Assembly: GCA_964348295.1 (NCBI GenBank)
Contig: CAYGBV010000064.1
Span: forward strand, 91,739 to 155,738
From: an uncultured Gemmatimonadaceae bacterium
Lineage (GTDB): Bacteria; Gemmatimonadota; Gemmatimonadetes; Gemmatimonadales; GWC2-71-9
Length of the DNA stretch: 64,000 nt
Reading direction: 5' to 3'
Shown: positions 10,401 through 19,153 of the stretch, piece after piece
Layout: each line of letters starts with the position of its first letter
Position numbering within the stretch: position 1 is the stretch's first letter
The notes under the pieces: generated by a model
The model's input: the letters and a program-made list of their open reading frames with translations, nothing else
The model's database searches: none
Told to the model about the DNA's origin: nothing
Position numbers and translations under genes: made by a program

Positions 10401-11845
10401 CCGTCCAGCGGAGCGAGCTTCACGTGCTGCATGCCCAACTCATGTCGGTAGGCTGCTTCGAACCGCTCCAGCGGTGCCGCCTCTTCCTCGCGTACCAGCT
10501 TCAGGGATTCCAGCGTGGACCCGCACACCAGCAGCGGGAGCTGCTTCTGCTGCATCAGGCGTCGGAGCAGCAGTAGTGAGGCCTCGTCGGCGAAGTGCAG
10601 GTCGTCCGCGATCAGGATCAGGGGTCGGGAGTCCACCACCTTGGGGAGGAATCTCGCCAGGGTGGCGAATATCCCCTGGCGCTGTGCGGTCTCCTCCTGA
10701 TCCGGAGGGGGCGCTGCGTGCTGGGCGAGGTGAGGCAGGACATACGCCAAGTAGCCGAGCTCCCGCTTGCTCAGACCAGGGAACAGCCCGTGGCCGCTAT
10801 CCGCACGCTTGTTGAGCAGGGCGACCAGCGCACGTGACACCAGATAGTACGGCCGGTAGCCCTCCTGGTGGTCGCCTGTCACCCGGACCACACTGTACGC
10901 GGCGTTGCCCTCCAGGTTGCTGCGCACGGTCTCCAGGAAGGCCGACTTACCCATCCCCGGGCCGCCCTCGACAAGGAGGAACTGGCTCCTGCCCCGGCTG
11001 AGCCCCTCGAGCGCCTCCGAGACCGTTGCGAGCTCATCGTCGCGGCCGGCGATGCCGGTGGCAATGAGGCGGTGGAGCGCCGTCTTCGGGAAGACCGTAC
11101 CGGGATCGACTTGTCCTGCGCTGGCTGCCTGGTTGCGGCCCGACTGCTTGGCGTGGTACAGGGCCGTGTCGGCGGCCTGGAACAAGCCCTTGGGGTGGCG
11201 GGCATCTTCGGGCGCGCAGGCGATCCCGATGCTCAGCGTGATCGGCAGGGTGATGCCCATCTCGCGCAGCCGGAAGGGCCGGTCCCGCGTGCGCTGCAGC
11301 AGGCGATCGGCCACCTCGTGTGCCTCGGCCCGGGAGGTCTTGGGCAATAGCAGGATGAACTCGTCGCCCGCGAAGCGAACCGGGATTCCCGGAGCGCCGG
11401 CCACCTCCTTGAGCAGGGCGGCCATCCACGTGAGCACCTGGTCGCCGATCTCGTGCCCGTGCGTGTCGTTGATCTGCTTGAAGAAATCGAGGTCGACTAT
11501 GAGCAGGGCGAGGCGATTCTCCTTCTCACTCTCCCAGTCGACCTTGTGCTCAAGATAGCTTCGCAGATAGCGGCGGTTGTGGATGCCCGTGAGCTCGTCC
11601 TCGAAGACGAGACGCGACGGGTCCTTGCCCACGTGTTGGAGGAAGTCCACCAGCTCGTGGTACTGGGAGGGACGGCTTTCTGAGACTCCGGTCACACTGC
11701 TGCGTTTCCTCCTGAGCGTTTCGTGGCCGGCGGAGCCGAAGCCGCGTCGGTTGCGGCAGAACATGCGACGATGCGGCGCGCTGGGCAAACGGCCGACGCC
11801 CCCGGCACCAGCCGCCAGGTTCGTAAGTTTCATAACCTCATCCAT
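7457..11845 (-). CDS. multidomain signalling protein: GGDEF-type (AGDEF) diguanylate cyclase + STAND/AAA16 P-loop NTPase + duplicated ~108-aa module + C-terminal HEAT repeats
   Basis: GGDEF domain at aa ~82-240 (LTGIHNRRYL, LIVDLDFFKQINDTHGHEIGD, RFAGDEFILLL, ADTALYHAKQSGRNQ). Walker A is VEGGPGMGKS (nt 10943-10966) and Walker B is LILIADDLHFADE. The HEAT/PBS-lyase-like tail includes DNSKIRRAALRM...DPDAAKGAIRSIAALG...HPRVRHLARNA. Confidence 0.85.
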   Translation of the reverse strand: MDEVMKLTNLAAGAGGVGRLPSAPHRRMFCRNRRGFGSAGHETLRRKRSSVTGVSESRPSQYHELVDFLQHVGKDPSRLVFEDELTGIHNRRYLRSYLEHKVDWESEKENRLALLIVDLDFFKQINDTHGHEIGDQVLTWMAALLKEVAGAPGIPVRFAGDEFILLLPKTSRAEAHEVADRLLQRTRDRPFRLREMGITLPITLSIGIACAPEDARHPKGLFQAADTALYHAKQSGRNQAASAGQVDPGTVFPKTALHRLIATGIAGRDDELATVSEALEGLSRGRSQFLLVEGGPGMGKSAFLETVRSNLEGNAAYSVVRVTGDHQEGYRPYYLVSRALVALLNKRADSGHGLFPGLSKRELGYLAYVLPHLAQHAAPPPDQEETAQRQGIFATLARFLPKVVDSRPLILIADDLHFADEASLLLLRRLMQQKQLPLLVCGSTLESLKLVREEEAAPLERFEAAYRHELGMQHVKLAPLDGDDIAEYLRGVFPSLRMPEGFERELAETTQGNPLFLGEILRKLVADRRVTLEGHEWFIGPLEPGYLPRSLEEIVMQKISQLDEEGREILERAAALGDDISVSVLAGSSDVDENRILEFLDRAEALGLVSLDFQINDEVMHFLGKQIAEISYGVINPERRQELHERIGTYQEGLYEQRVLPSASLLAYHFKRSANQEKARRYERAQLAQSQLVFDRNEAAEYTDDILEAEVEEERRLEPESLPFVPEVLRSFTKAVRNIQLYPPESKAVTQSLADVKQAVHPILERNERLHLSQEQRFLLANGQRIDVTDCTAVADAFLELLTRAELRGITFTPGVTAGELQSLIGTLSQLKPDTITHGYWKTFAAEQGLGHIELEQVRYSRVVRRKAVAGARRPTLEEVELTPDELTHGPEILRGIQGAAKMVKLYPLDSSPVVSAIQRLHGALQPILERHQALTLAGIDEALLVNGARVDTSTYDVLAASVLELMHSVGLSSITFLADVPEAEIESFVAVLRDVPAGADRSFWDELAQQQTFSSLAFNQRQYTIGVVQSLVADVDVIEDETAEQQVTAQFMEQLSEEPGEALLEALPRFGRELLVKGEWDLVKQLLRKMFANFQEQDTGTRERTVRACAGLLELLILGLQRKMTELAVAELLQALAEESEPQVLREFGIVLHAMANISVQFGDHQTASRILLALKTRRQDLQDAGYADADTLAQLLDHELQPAVQQLLVEDLRSGQPERHGRAAQVIGSQGRAGIPLLVEVIKLERDFRTRQIAASLLADMGPQAGKEVKRVLATEPIVEQRFRVLEVADTVTQDLEDEVAHALADDNSKIRRAALRMFERLKRDDLIPLIKPYATDADPDAAKGAIRSIAALGSAPAVEALQSIRKATQEPKVLIACCQAFGQVGDASCIDALQKVLDERQFLLFGRRWDEQVRSTAATALRQISHPRASEVLARYTKDPHPRVRHLARNAVKGTTPTE

Positions 11846-12076
11846 TTACGGCATTGGCGAAGTGACAATTCTCACACCGGGGTGGCCCGGCCTCGAGCCG
11901 GAGGCTCCCGTGGAACTCGTTGTTGGCCGGTCGGTTAGGCGGCTGCGGTGCAGCGGACTGGCTGTGCTGACCCGGGGCTCGGCGGCATCCGGGGCCCCGA
12001 CTCGCCGGACCGTGGAGGGGAACGTCCCGCCGGCTGCGGCGTATCTGCCTGGCGACCTCCCGCCCCGGAGCAGTTC

Positions 12077-13243
12077 GTGAGGACCGACCCCGTGTGTTTC
12101 TTACTAGTGGCTGCGCTGGCCCTCGCCTGTTCGGATTCGTCCGGGCCCGGAGATTCCAACGGCAACGATCCGGGTGACGGCGTTCCCCCCACCTCCGAGC
12201 TGAATCTGCAGGTCGTGGCCTCTGGGTTCTCGTCGCCCTTGTACCTAACGTCGCCGCCGGGGGATTCCCGCCTGTTCGTGGTGGAGCAAGGCGGGCGCAT
12301 CAAGATCGTCGCCAACGGGCAGGTGCTCCCCACGCCGTTCCTGGACGTCAGCGCGATCGTCGCGTCGGGTGGCGAGCGGGGCCTGCTCTCGGTGGCGTTC
12401 CATCCCGACTACGCTGCCAACGGATACTTCTACGTCAACTACACCGACCAGAGCGGCGACACGCAGGTCGCGCGCTATACCGTGTCCGGCAATCCCGACG
12501 TGGCCGACCCGCAGTCGGCGAAGCAGATCCTGTCGGTCTCCCAGCCGTTCGCCAATCACAACGGCGGACTCGTGACGTTCGGGCCCGACGGCATGCTCTA
12601 TGTCGGCATGGGAGACGGCGGCAGTGCCGGCGACCCACTCGACCACGGCCAGAACAAGGGCACGCTGCTCGGCGCACTGCTACGGATCGACGTGGATGGG
12701 GGTGACCCCTATGCCATCCCGCCCGACAACCCGTTCCTGGACCAACAGGGAGCCCGCGGCGAGATCTGGGCCTACGGCCTGCGCAATCCGTGGCGCTTCT
12801 CGTTCGACGCCCCGGAGGGACTGCTGTACATAGCAGACGTGGGTCAGAACTCCTGGGAAGAGGTAAACGTGGAACAGGCCACCTCGCCGGGGCTGAACTA
12901 CGGGTGGCGGCTGATGGAGGGCACACACTGCTTCAACCCGCCTGCCGACTGTGTCCAGCCGGACCTCGAGCTCCCGGTGCTGGAGTATGACCATGCCGAG
13001 GGGTGCTCGGTGACCGGAGGCTACGTGTATCGCGGCAGTTCCCTGCCGGACCTTCAGGGGCACTACTTCTACGCCGACTTCTGCGCCGGATGGGTGCGCA
13101 GCGCACGGCTCGGGGAGGGCATGCCGTCCGGCGTGCGGCAGTGGGACGTTGGCCCCATCGGCCCGATCACTTCGTTCGGCGTGGACGCCTCGGGCGAGCT
13201 GTACGTGGTCGCTGGCCTGGGAACGGTGTACCGCATCAGCTAG
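12077..13243 (+). CDS. PQQ-dependent sugar (glucose/sorbosone) dehydrogenase family lipoprotein
   Basis: Motifs GERGLLSVAFHPDY, PFANHNGGLVTFGPDGMLYVGMGDGGSAGDP and YGLRNPWRFSFD. The lipobox-like LALACSD is present. The start is GTG 12077 or 12092. Confidence 0.8.
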   Translation: MRTDPVCFLLVAALALACSDSSGPGDSNGNDPGDGVPPTSELNLQVVASGFSSPLYLTSPPGDSRLFVVEQGGRIKIVANGQVLPTPFLDVSAIVASGGERGLLSVAFHPDYAANGYFYVNYTDQSGDTQVARYTVSGNPDVADPQSAKQILSVSQPFANHNGGLVTFGPDGMLYVGMGDGGSAGDPLDHGQNKGTLLGALLRIDVDGGDPYAIPPDNPFLDQQGARGEIWAYGLRNPWRFSFDAPEGLLYIADVGQNSWEEVNVEQATSPGLNYGWRLMEGTHCFNPPADCVQPDLELPVLEYDHAEGCSVTGGYVYRGSSLPDLQGHYFYADFCAGWVRSARLGEGMPSGVRQWDVGPIGPITSFGVDASGELYVVAGLGTVYRIS

Positions 13244-13426
13244 GTGGGCAGTGGAAGGCTGCGTGTCGGCGCAGCTAGATTGCAGAACCCAGCAGACTGC
13301 GCTCGCCGCCAACCTAACACTGTTCGGGTTGCGGGCTGAAACATCTCGCGCGCAGACTACGTACGGGACATCACGGGGCAGAGCGCAGGGTCACGCAACG
13401 ATCTGCCGCCGGCGATCATCCAATTC

Positions 13427-16400
13427 GTGTATGGCAGACGCGCCGGAGTCTGGGTCTTGGCCGAGCTCCTCACCCGCCTCAAGGCAGCGATAGGCGACCG
13501 CTACGCGATCGAGCGAGAGCTCGGGCGTGGCGGGATGGCCGTCGTCTACCTGGCCCAGGACCTCAAGCACGGCCGCCCCGTGGCAATCAAGGTCCTGCGA
13601 CCCGAGCTGGCTGCCACACTGGGGGCCGAGCGTTTCCTGCGAGAGATCGACACGGCCGCGCGTCTCAACCACCCACACATCGTTCCACTGTACGACTCCG
13701 GAGACGCCGACGGCCTGCTCTACTTCGTCATGCCCTACGTGGAGGGAGAGTCACTGCGGGACCTGATCGCCCGCCAGGGCCCCCTGTCACTCGGCGAAGC
13801 TCTGCACATCGTGCGGGAGGTGGCCAGCGCCCTGAGCTATGCCCACGGCAAAGACGTCATCCACCGCGACGTCAAACCCGCCAACATCCTGCTGGCTGAC
13901 GGCCATGCCGTGGTGGCCGATTTCGGCATCGCCCGTGCCATCAGCGCCTCCGGCGGGCCGAGCCTCACCCAGGCGGGCATCGCCGTTGGCACTCCGGAGT
14001 ACATGAGTCCCGAGCAGGTAGTGGGCAGCGACGCCATCGATGGCCGCAGCGACATCTACAGCCTCGGGTGCGTGCTGTACGAGATGCTATGCGGCGCGCC
14101 GCCGTTCGAGGGACAAACGGCCCAGGCGGTCATCGCGAAACGCTTCAAGGAGCCGAACCCTCGGCTTGGCGCGCTCAACAACGCGGTCTCCCCACACATT
14201 CGCGACGCCCTCCTGAAGGCGTTCGCGCCCGAGCCGGCCGACCGCTATGCATCGGCCAGCGCCTTCGTCGAGGCGCTGCGACCGCCTGCAGAGCCGAAGC
14301 AGACGCTGGCGCAGCGGGTTGGTCTGCTCGGAGTCGCCGGCCTGCACCTGCTAGCCACGCTCGTCGTGCTTGCGATCACGCGCTTCCTGGTGGTTCAGCT
14401 CGGCCTCCCCGATTGGGTGATGCCCGGGGCGGGCGTGCTGCTGCTCGTGGGCCTCCCCATCATGGTGACCACGGCATACGTCGAGGAACGCATCGCCGCG
14501 GGCAAGACGCCGCGCCTGTATTGGCTCACCTGGCCCAGGGCATTGCGCGGCGGCCTGCTCGCCCTGGGTGGGTGGAGTGTGTTCGTGGTGGCCTTCATGG
14601 CCATGCGCGTGCTGGGCATCGGGCCCGTCGGGACTCTGGTGGCGGCCGGGGTGCTCGAGGAGCAGGAGCGCATCATCCTGGCAGACTTCGACGACCGGGC
14701 CGGCGATTCGCTCCTGGCCCGGGCGGTTACCGAGGCGTTCCGCGTGGATCTCGCGCAGTCGCCCGTGGTGACCCTGGTCGATCCGACCTACGTGGCCCGC
14801 GTCCTCGCGCTGATGGAGCGCTCGCCGGAGGAGCCGCTGGACCTGCAGCTCGCCCGCGAGGTGGCAGTGCGCGACGGCGTGAAAGCCGTGGTCGCCGGCG
14901 AGGTGACTTCGGTCGGGGGCAGCTACGTCATATCCGCCCGGCTCGTCTCGGCACAGGACGGCACCTCGCTCGCAGCGTACCGGGAGACCGCGGCCGACTC
15001 GAGCCGAATCATCGAGGCCATCGACCGGCTCTCCGACCGGCTGCGGGAGCGGGTGGGCGAGTCGCTGAGGACGATCCGCGGCAACGAGCGGCTGGAGGAG
15101 GTTACGACGGCCTCGCTGGGCGCGCTCCAGAAGTACTCGCAGGCGATGCGGGTTCTCAGCGAAGGTGATGTAACTCGGGCCACCGCGCTGCTTGAGGAGG
15201 CCGTAGCCCTGGACACGACCTTTGCCATGGCGTACCGCAAGCTCGGCGTGGTGGCGCTGGATCGGGCTCAGCAGGTAGAGGCGCTGACGCGAGCGTACCA
15301 GTACCGGGATCGGTTGACGGACCGGGAGCGGTATCTGACGGAGGCGACGTATTATGGCGTCGTGACCGACGAGGAGGATCTGGCCATCGCAGCGTACCGG
15401 GCGGTGCTCGAGACCTATCCCTCCGAATACGTGGCCCTCAACAATCTGGCCACCCACTACCTGGATCGTCGCGACTTCGCCCGGGCGGAGCTCCTGACCA
15501 GGCGGGCTATCGAGGCGGACGCGCTCGCGACCGCCGCCCACCAGAACACCGTCCTGGCTCAGGTAGCGCAGGGGAAGTGGGACGAAGCGAGAGAAACGCT
15601 GGCGCATTGGATGGAGATGGCGCCTGAGCACCCCGTCACCGGACTGCAGGTCGCGGCGCTCGCCAGCGCCCGAGGGGATTACGGAGCGGCCGAAGCCGCG
15701 CTGCTCGCGCTGCGGGAGGGCCACGGTGGTGATGCGCTGTGGAGCACCCAGGCGAACGGGCAGCTCGCCACTCTGGCGCTCCTGCAGGGCAGGCTGAGGG
15801 AGGCGGGGCAGTACCAGCGCGCCGCGGCGGCCAGCGCATCCGATCTGAACCTCCCCGATTTCCAGCTTGCCAACGAGGTGCAACTAGCCTTCGTGAACCT
15901 GTGGTTCCGCGGGCGGCACGCCGAGGCGTTGCGCCAGGTAGAGCAGGCGGTCGAGCGCTTCCCCATGGACGCCGTCGATCCGCTCAACCGGCCGTACACG
16001 CTCCTGGCCATGTTTTATGCCCTGGCACACGAGCCGGACCGGGCACGGGCCATCTTGGCAGAGTACGAGCGGGAGATAGCGCCGGAGCTCAGACGGGGGG
16101 AGGAGGAGGAGCGCCACACTATTCTGGGGGTCGTGGCCCTGGCGGAAGGGCGGACTGACGATGCAGTGACCGAGTTCCAGGCCTCCGACGTCGGACCGTG
16201 CACCATCTGCTCGCTGCCCCTCCTGGGCATGGCGTACGACATGGGCGGCCAGACTGACTCGGCTCTCGCGACGTACGAGCGGTTCGTGGAAGACCCGTGG
16301 CTCTACCGGGCCGGAGTGGACTGGTGGTCGCTGCCGGGGATCTACCAGCGGCTCGGCGAGCTCTACGCACAGCGTGGCGACGCCGAGAAGGCGATCGACT

Positions 16401-16516
16401 ACTACGGCCGCTTCGTCGAGCTGTGGAGGGATGCCGACGCGGAGCTACAGCCGCGCGTAGAGGCGGCGCGGCGGGAGATCAGCCGGCTCGCGGGCGAGCC
16501 CCGGGTGGGGTCGTAG
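13427..16516 (+). CDS. Hanks-type Ser/Thr protein kinase with TM segments and long TPR tail
   Basis: Kinase motifs GRGGMAVVYLAQD, VAIK, HRDVKPANILL, DFGIA and GTPEYMSPEQ. Hydrophobic helices lie at aa ~300-400. C-terminal TPR-like repeats are present. The start codon is uncertain (GTG 13427 or TTG 13457). Confidence 0.85.
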   Translation: MYGRRAGVWVLAELLTRLKAAIGDRYAIERELGRGGMAVVYLAQDLKHGRPVAIKVLRPELAATLGAERFLREIDTAARLNHPHIVPLYDSGDADGLLYFVMPYVEGESLRDLIARQGPLSLGEALHIVREVASALSYAHGKDVIHRDVKPANILLADGHAVVADFGIARAISASGGPSLTQAGIAVGTPEYMSPEQVVGSDAIDGRSDIYSLGCVLYEMLCGAPPFEGQTAQAVIAKRFKEPNPRLGALNNAVSPHIRDALLKAFAPEPADRYASASAFVEALRPPAEPKQTLAQRVGLLGVAGLHLLATLVVLAITRFLVVQLGLPDWVMPGAGVLLLVGLPIMVTTAYVEERIAAGKTPRLYWLTWPRALRGGLLALGGWSVFVVAFMAMRVLGIGPVGTLVAAGVLEEQERIILADFDDRAGDSLLARAVTEAFRVDLAQSPVVTLVDPTYVARVLALMERSPEEPLDLQLAREVAVRDGVKAVVAGEVTSVGGSYVISARLVSAQDGTSLAAYRETAADSSRIIEAIDRLSDRLRERVGESLRTIRGNERLEEVTTASLGALQKYSQAMRVLSEGDVTRATALLEEAVALDTTFAMAYRKLGVVALDRAQQVEALTRAYQYRDRLTDRERYLTEATYYGVVTDEEDLAIAAYRAVLETYPSEYVALNNLATHYLDRRDFARAELLTRRAIEADALATAAHQNTVLAQVAQGKWDEARETLAHWMEMAPEHPVTGLQVAALASARGDYGAAEAALLALREGHGGDALWSTQANGQLATLALLQGRLREAGQYQRAAAASASDLNLPDFQLANEVQLAFVNLWFRGRHAEALRQVEQAVERFPMDAVDPLNRPYTLLAMFYALAHEPDRARAILAEYEREIAPELRRGEEEERHTILGVVALAEGRTDDAVTEFQASDVGPCTICSLPLLGMAYDMGGQTDSALATYERFVEDPWLYRAGVDWWSLPGIYQRLGELYAQRGDAEKAIDYYGRFVELWRDADAELQPRVEAARREISRLAGEPRVGS

Positions 16517-16534
16517 CGCCCAGTAGCGAGCCGC

Positions 16535-18130
16535 CTAGGGGGGGAGCTGGCGGCGGATCCCGGGCTGGAGCTGCGCCTGCTGGGACACTGCCTCCTGGAT
16601 GTGCGCAGCCAGGTGGTCGGCGAGCCGCTCCAGCTGGTTTGACCGGCTACGGGCGATGGCGCGAAAGATCGTGCGGGCGATCATCCACGATCCGGACACG
16701 GCCAGGAGCGCGGCCCCGATGCCCAGGCCGACAAGGCCGGCCTCCCCAACGAGGACGCCTAGTGATACGCCTCCCGTCGCGCCTCCACCTCCACCCATCA
16801 CGCCACCGAACAGCCCGCCCGCGAGATTCCCGAGTGCCTCCTCGACCTGGATGTAAGTCCGCCCGGCCCGCGGTGTGACAGTTACGTGTAGCTCACGACC
16901 CGTGCCCTGGCCCGCTACGGAGGTGCTCCAGTCCAGGGAGCGACCGAACGTGCTGGGGTGCCCCGCCATGCCGAGGATGCGGCGGATCTGATCGACCAGT
17001 ACGACATACTCCGAGTCGGGCACCTCTCCCTCGACGACGCGCTCGACGCGCAGCCTGGTCCGGGCGCCGTGGAACCAGGCCCAGCGTGCGCCTTGAGCCG
17101 GCGCCGCGGCGCTGGCCCCATCCATCTCCTGCACGGCGGCGCGGACACGCTGCGGCGGGATGCCCACCTCGGCCGCCACCCGCTCCAGCGCGCCCTGGGA
17201 AAGCGCGCCCTCCTCCGTGGGGCGCTCTGCCTGCATTTCTGCGGCGTGCTTGATCACCTGCCGCACCTCGTCGTCGCTGTACCGACGACTCGCTGCGAAG
17301 ACGTCGCCCAGAGCCCGGCCGAACTCGGCCGCGGAGTCGTACCTCAGCTCCGGCCGCATCGCCAGTGCCCGCACCAGGATCTGCTCCAGCGATCCGGATA
17401 GCGCATCGAGACGCATCCGGTGGGTGTCTGCGGCGTCGACGAAACGGCCCAGCTTCACCGCGTCGTCACTGAGCCACATGCCTGGTGTCTCCCCGATCAG
17501 CATCTCGTAGCACACGCACCCAAGGCTGTAGATGTCGGTGCGTGCGTCGAACTCGCGGAGTCCTGCGGCCTGCTCGGGGCTCATGTAACCGGGTGTGCCG
17601 AGGGCTATGCCCGTCTTGGTGAAGGTGGCCCCGCCTGCGGTAGTGACCGCCTTGGCGATTCCGAAGTCCGCCACCACAGGGTGCCCCTCCGCCAGGAGGA
17701 TGTTCTCCGGCTTGATGTCGCGGTGCAGCACCCCGTTGCGGTGGGCATAGCTGAGTGCGTCCGCAACGCGTGAGGTGATCGTCACCGCCTGCACTGGCTC
17801 GAGCACTCCCTCGCGATTGAGTAGGGTCCTCAGGGATGCGCCAGGGATGAAGGGCATGACGTAGTAGAGGAAACCTCCGGCCTCGCCCGAGTCGTGCAGC
17901 GGCAGGATGTGTGGGTGGGTGAGGCTTGCCGCGATCTCGATCTCCTGGAGGAAGCGCTCCGAGCCGATCGAGGCGGCCAGGTCGGGGCGCAGCACCTTGA
18001 CCGCTACTTGCCGGGTGTGCTTCCGGTCGCGTGCCAAGTACACCGTGGCCATGCCGCCGCGTCCGATGACCTGCTCGAGCTCATACCTGTCCGCGAGCGC
18101 CGTGCGGACGTCGTCGGGAATCTGGCTCAT
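16535..18130 (-). CDS. Hanks-type Ser/Thr protein kinase with Gly-rich C-terminal membrane anchor
   Basis: Kinase motifs [34 protein letters not shown] and GTPGYMSPEQ. The C-terminus has GGLFGGVMGGGGGATGG followed by a TM helix. Confidence 0.85.
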   Translation of the reverse strand: MSQIPDDVRTALADRYELEQVIGRGGMATVYLARDRKHTRQVAVKVLRPDLAASIGSERFLQEIEIAASLTHPHILPLHDSGEAGGFLYYVMPFIPGASLRTLLNREGVLEPVQAVTITSRVADALSYAHRNGVLHRDIKPENILLAEGHPVVADFGIAKAVTTAGGATFTKTGIALGTPGYMSPEQAAGLREFDARTDIYSLGCVCYEMLIGETPGMWLSDDAVKLGRFVDAADTHRMRLDALSGSLEQILVRALAMRPELRYDSAAEFGRALGDVFAASRRYSDDEVRQVIKHAAEMQAERPTEEGALSQGALERVAAEVGIPPQRVRAAVQEMDGASAAAPAQGARWAWFHGARTRLRVERVVEGEVPDSEYVVLVDQIRRILGMAGHPSTFGRSLDWSTSVAGQGTGRELHVTVTPRAGRTYIQVEEALGNLAGGLFGGVMGGGGGATGGVSLGVLVGEAGLVGLGIGAALLAVSGSWMIARTIFRAIARSRSNQLERLADHLAAHIQEAVSQQAQLQPGIRRQLPP

Positions 18131-18182
18131 GAAGGAAAAGGTACCCTACCGAAGTCGAAGGCGCGCCCCGCTCCGGCCGTCA

Positions 18183-18326
18183 GCGGAACGCGAGCTTCGC
18201 TCCCGCCGCCCCCACATCGGCAATGAGACCGCACGCCTTCTCGACCGCAGCCTTGCGATCGAGGAAGACGGGTGCCGCCTGGACGGCGGCAGCGGAGTAC
18301 GGCGCGCTGATGGAGGTGATGGTGTG
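18183..18326 (-). pseudogene. relic of the 5' end of a nitrilase / carbon-nitrogen hydrolase gene (48 codons, no start, premature stop)
   Basis: My translation of the minus strand is HTITSISAPYSAAAVQAAPVFLDRKAAVEKACGLIADVGAAGAKLAFR*. It matches the canonical nitrilase N-terminus (AAVQA.PV..D....V.K....I.EAA..GA.LVAFPE) and stops exactly where the catalytic-Glu motif should be. Confidence 0.55.
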
Positions 18327-18530
18327 CTACTGCTGGGCGGACTTCATGCGCTCGCCGGTCACGATCTCGACGACGACGTCGACCACCTTCTTGCGCGCGT
18401 GGTCAACATCCTGCTGCCGCGTGACCTTGCTCTCTAGCGGCTTGAACTTCTCACGCTGGATGATGGAGTCCTCGTACTCCCGCAACGCCTCATTGATCTT
18501 GTGCAGGTAGTCCTTGCCGATGCTGGTCAT
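18327..18530 (-). CDS. small hypothetical protein (67 aa)
   Basis: ATG 18530 follows GGGGGAG. GC3 is very high in this frame. The charged helical sequence is MTSIGKDYLHKINEALREYEDSIIQREKF... and I recognise no family. Confidence 0.55.
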   Translation of the reverse strand: MTSIGKDYLHKINEALREYEDSIIQREKFKPLESKVTRQQDVDHARKKVVDVVVEIVTGERMKSAQQ

Positions 18531-19153
18531 GACATCTCCCCCGTGCGGTCGCTCTTAACTCTCAGATACAGCCGGGGGGCGAAAACGGCAAGCGCCACGG
18601 CGGGGATCTCGCGCCGCCCGCGAGCCCGGTTGCTGCCTCGCGGCCGTTTGAAGGCGCGCAATCTGTTGGCTCACATGCGCTTGGGCGTAGCGGGTCGGAC
18701 GCCCCACCATGGTCACCGCGCGGGCGAGCTTCCCTCGATAGTCAGCGTACAAGCGCTGCCCTTGAGATTCTGCGAGACCAGTGGGAGTTTGAACCAGAAA
18801 CTGGGTCTGTTGGGCGGTGGGACGCGGGGGATGAACCTGCTGCACCCCAGCGAGTCCGCCGAGCGTGTGTTCCTGCTCGAAGCCATCAACGTGGGGGCGG
18901 CCTCCGGTACAGCCGCGGTTCTCCAGCACCAAGCTCTCCCCCACCAGATCGACATGCGCGAGGTCCTCGCGGTCGCTGGCTTCGCGGAACCCTGCCGGAG
19001 CTGATCGTCGCCACCGAGTTCGGCCGGCGCGGGTCGAGATGCCACCGAGTTGAGCGCACCGCTGTCGGACGACACGGGCCGCCTTTCGAGCGGCTGGCGA
19101 CTTGGGGGGCACGTCGCGCACCGCAAGGACTAACGCCAGCGGGTGGGCCCTAC

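Noticed and set aside
14351-15883. 510-aa minus-strand ORF, representing similar long antisense ORFs at 41632..43278, 32027..33316, 4228..5166, 7934..8950, 59647..60912 and 36613..37617
   Set aside because: All lie opposite genes with clear family motifs. They lack SD/start context and have R/P/G/A-biased composition. High GC suppresses stop codons in the antisense frames.
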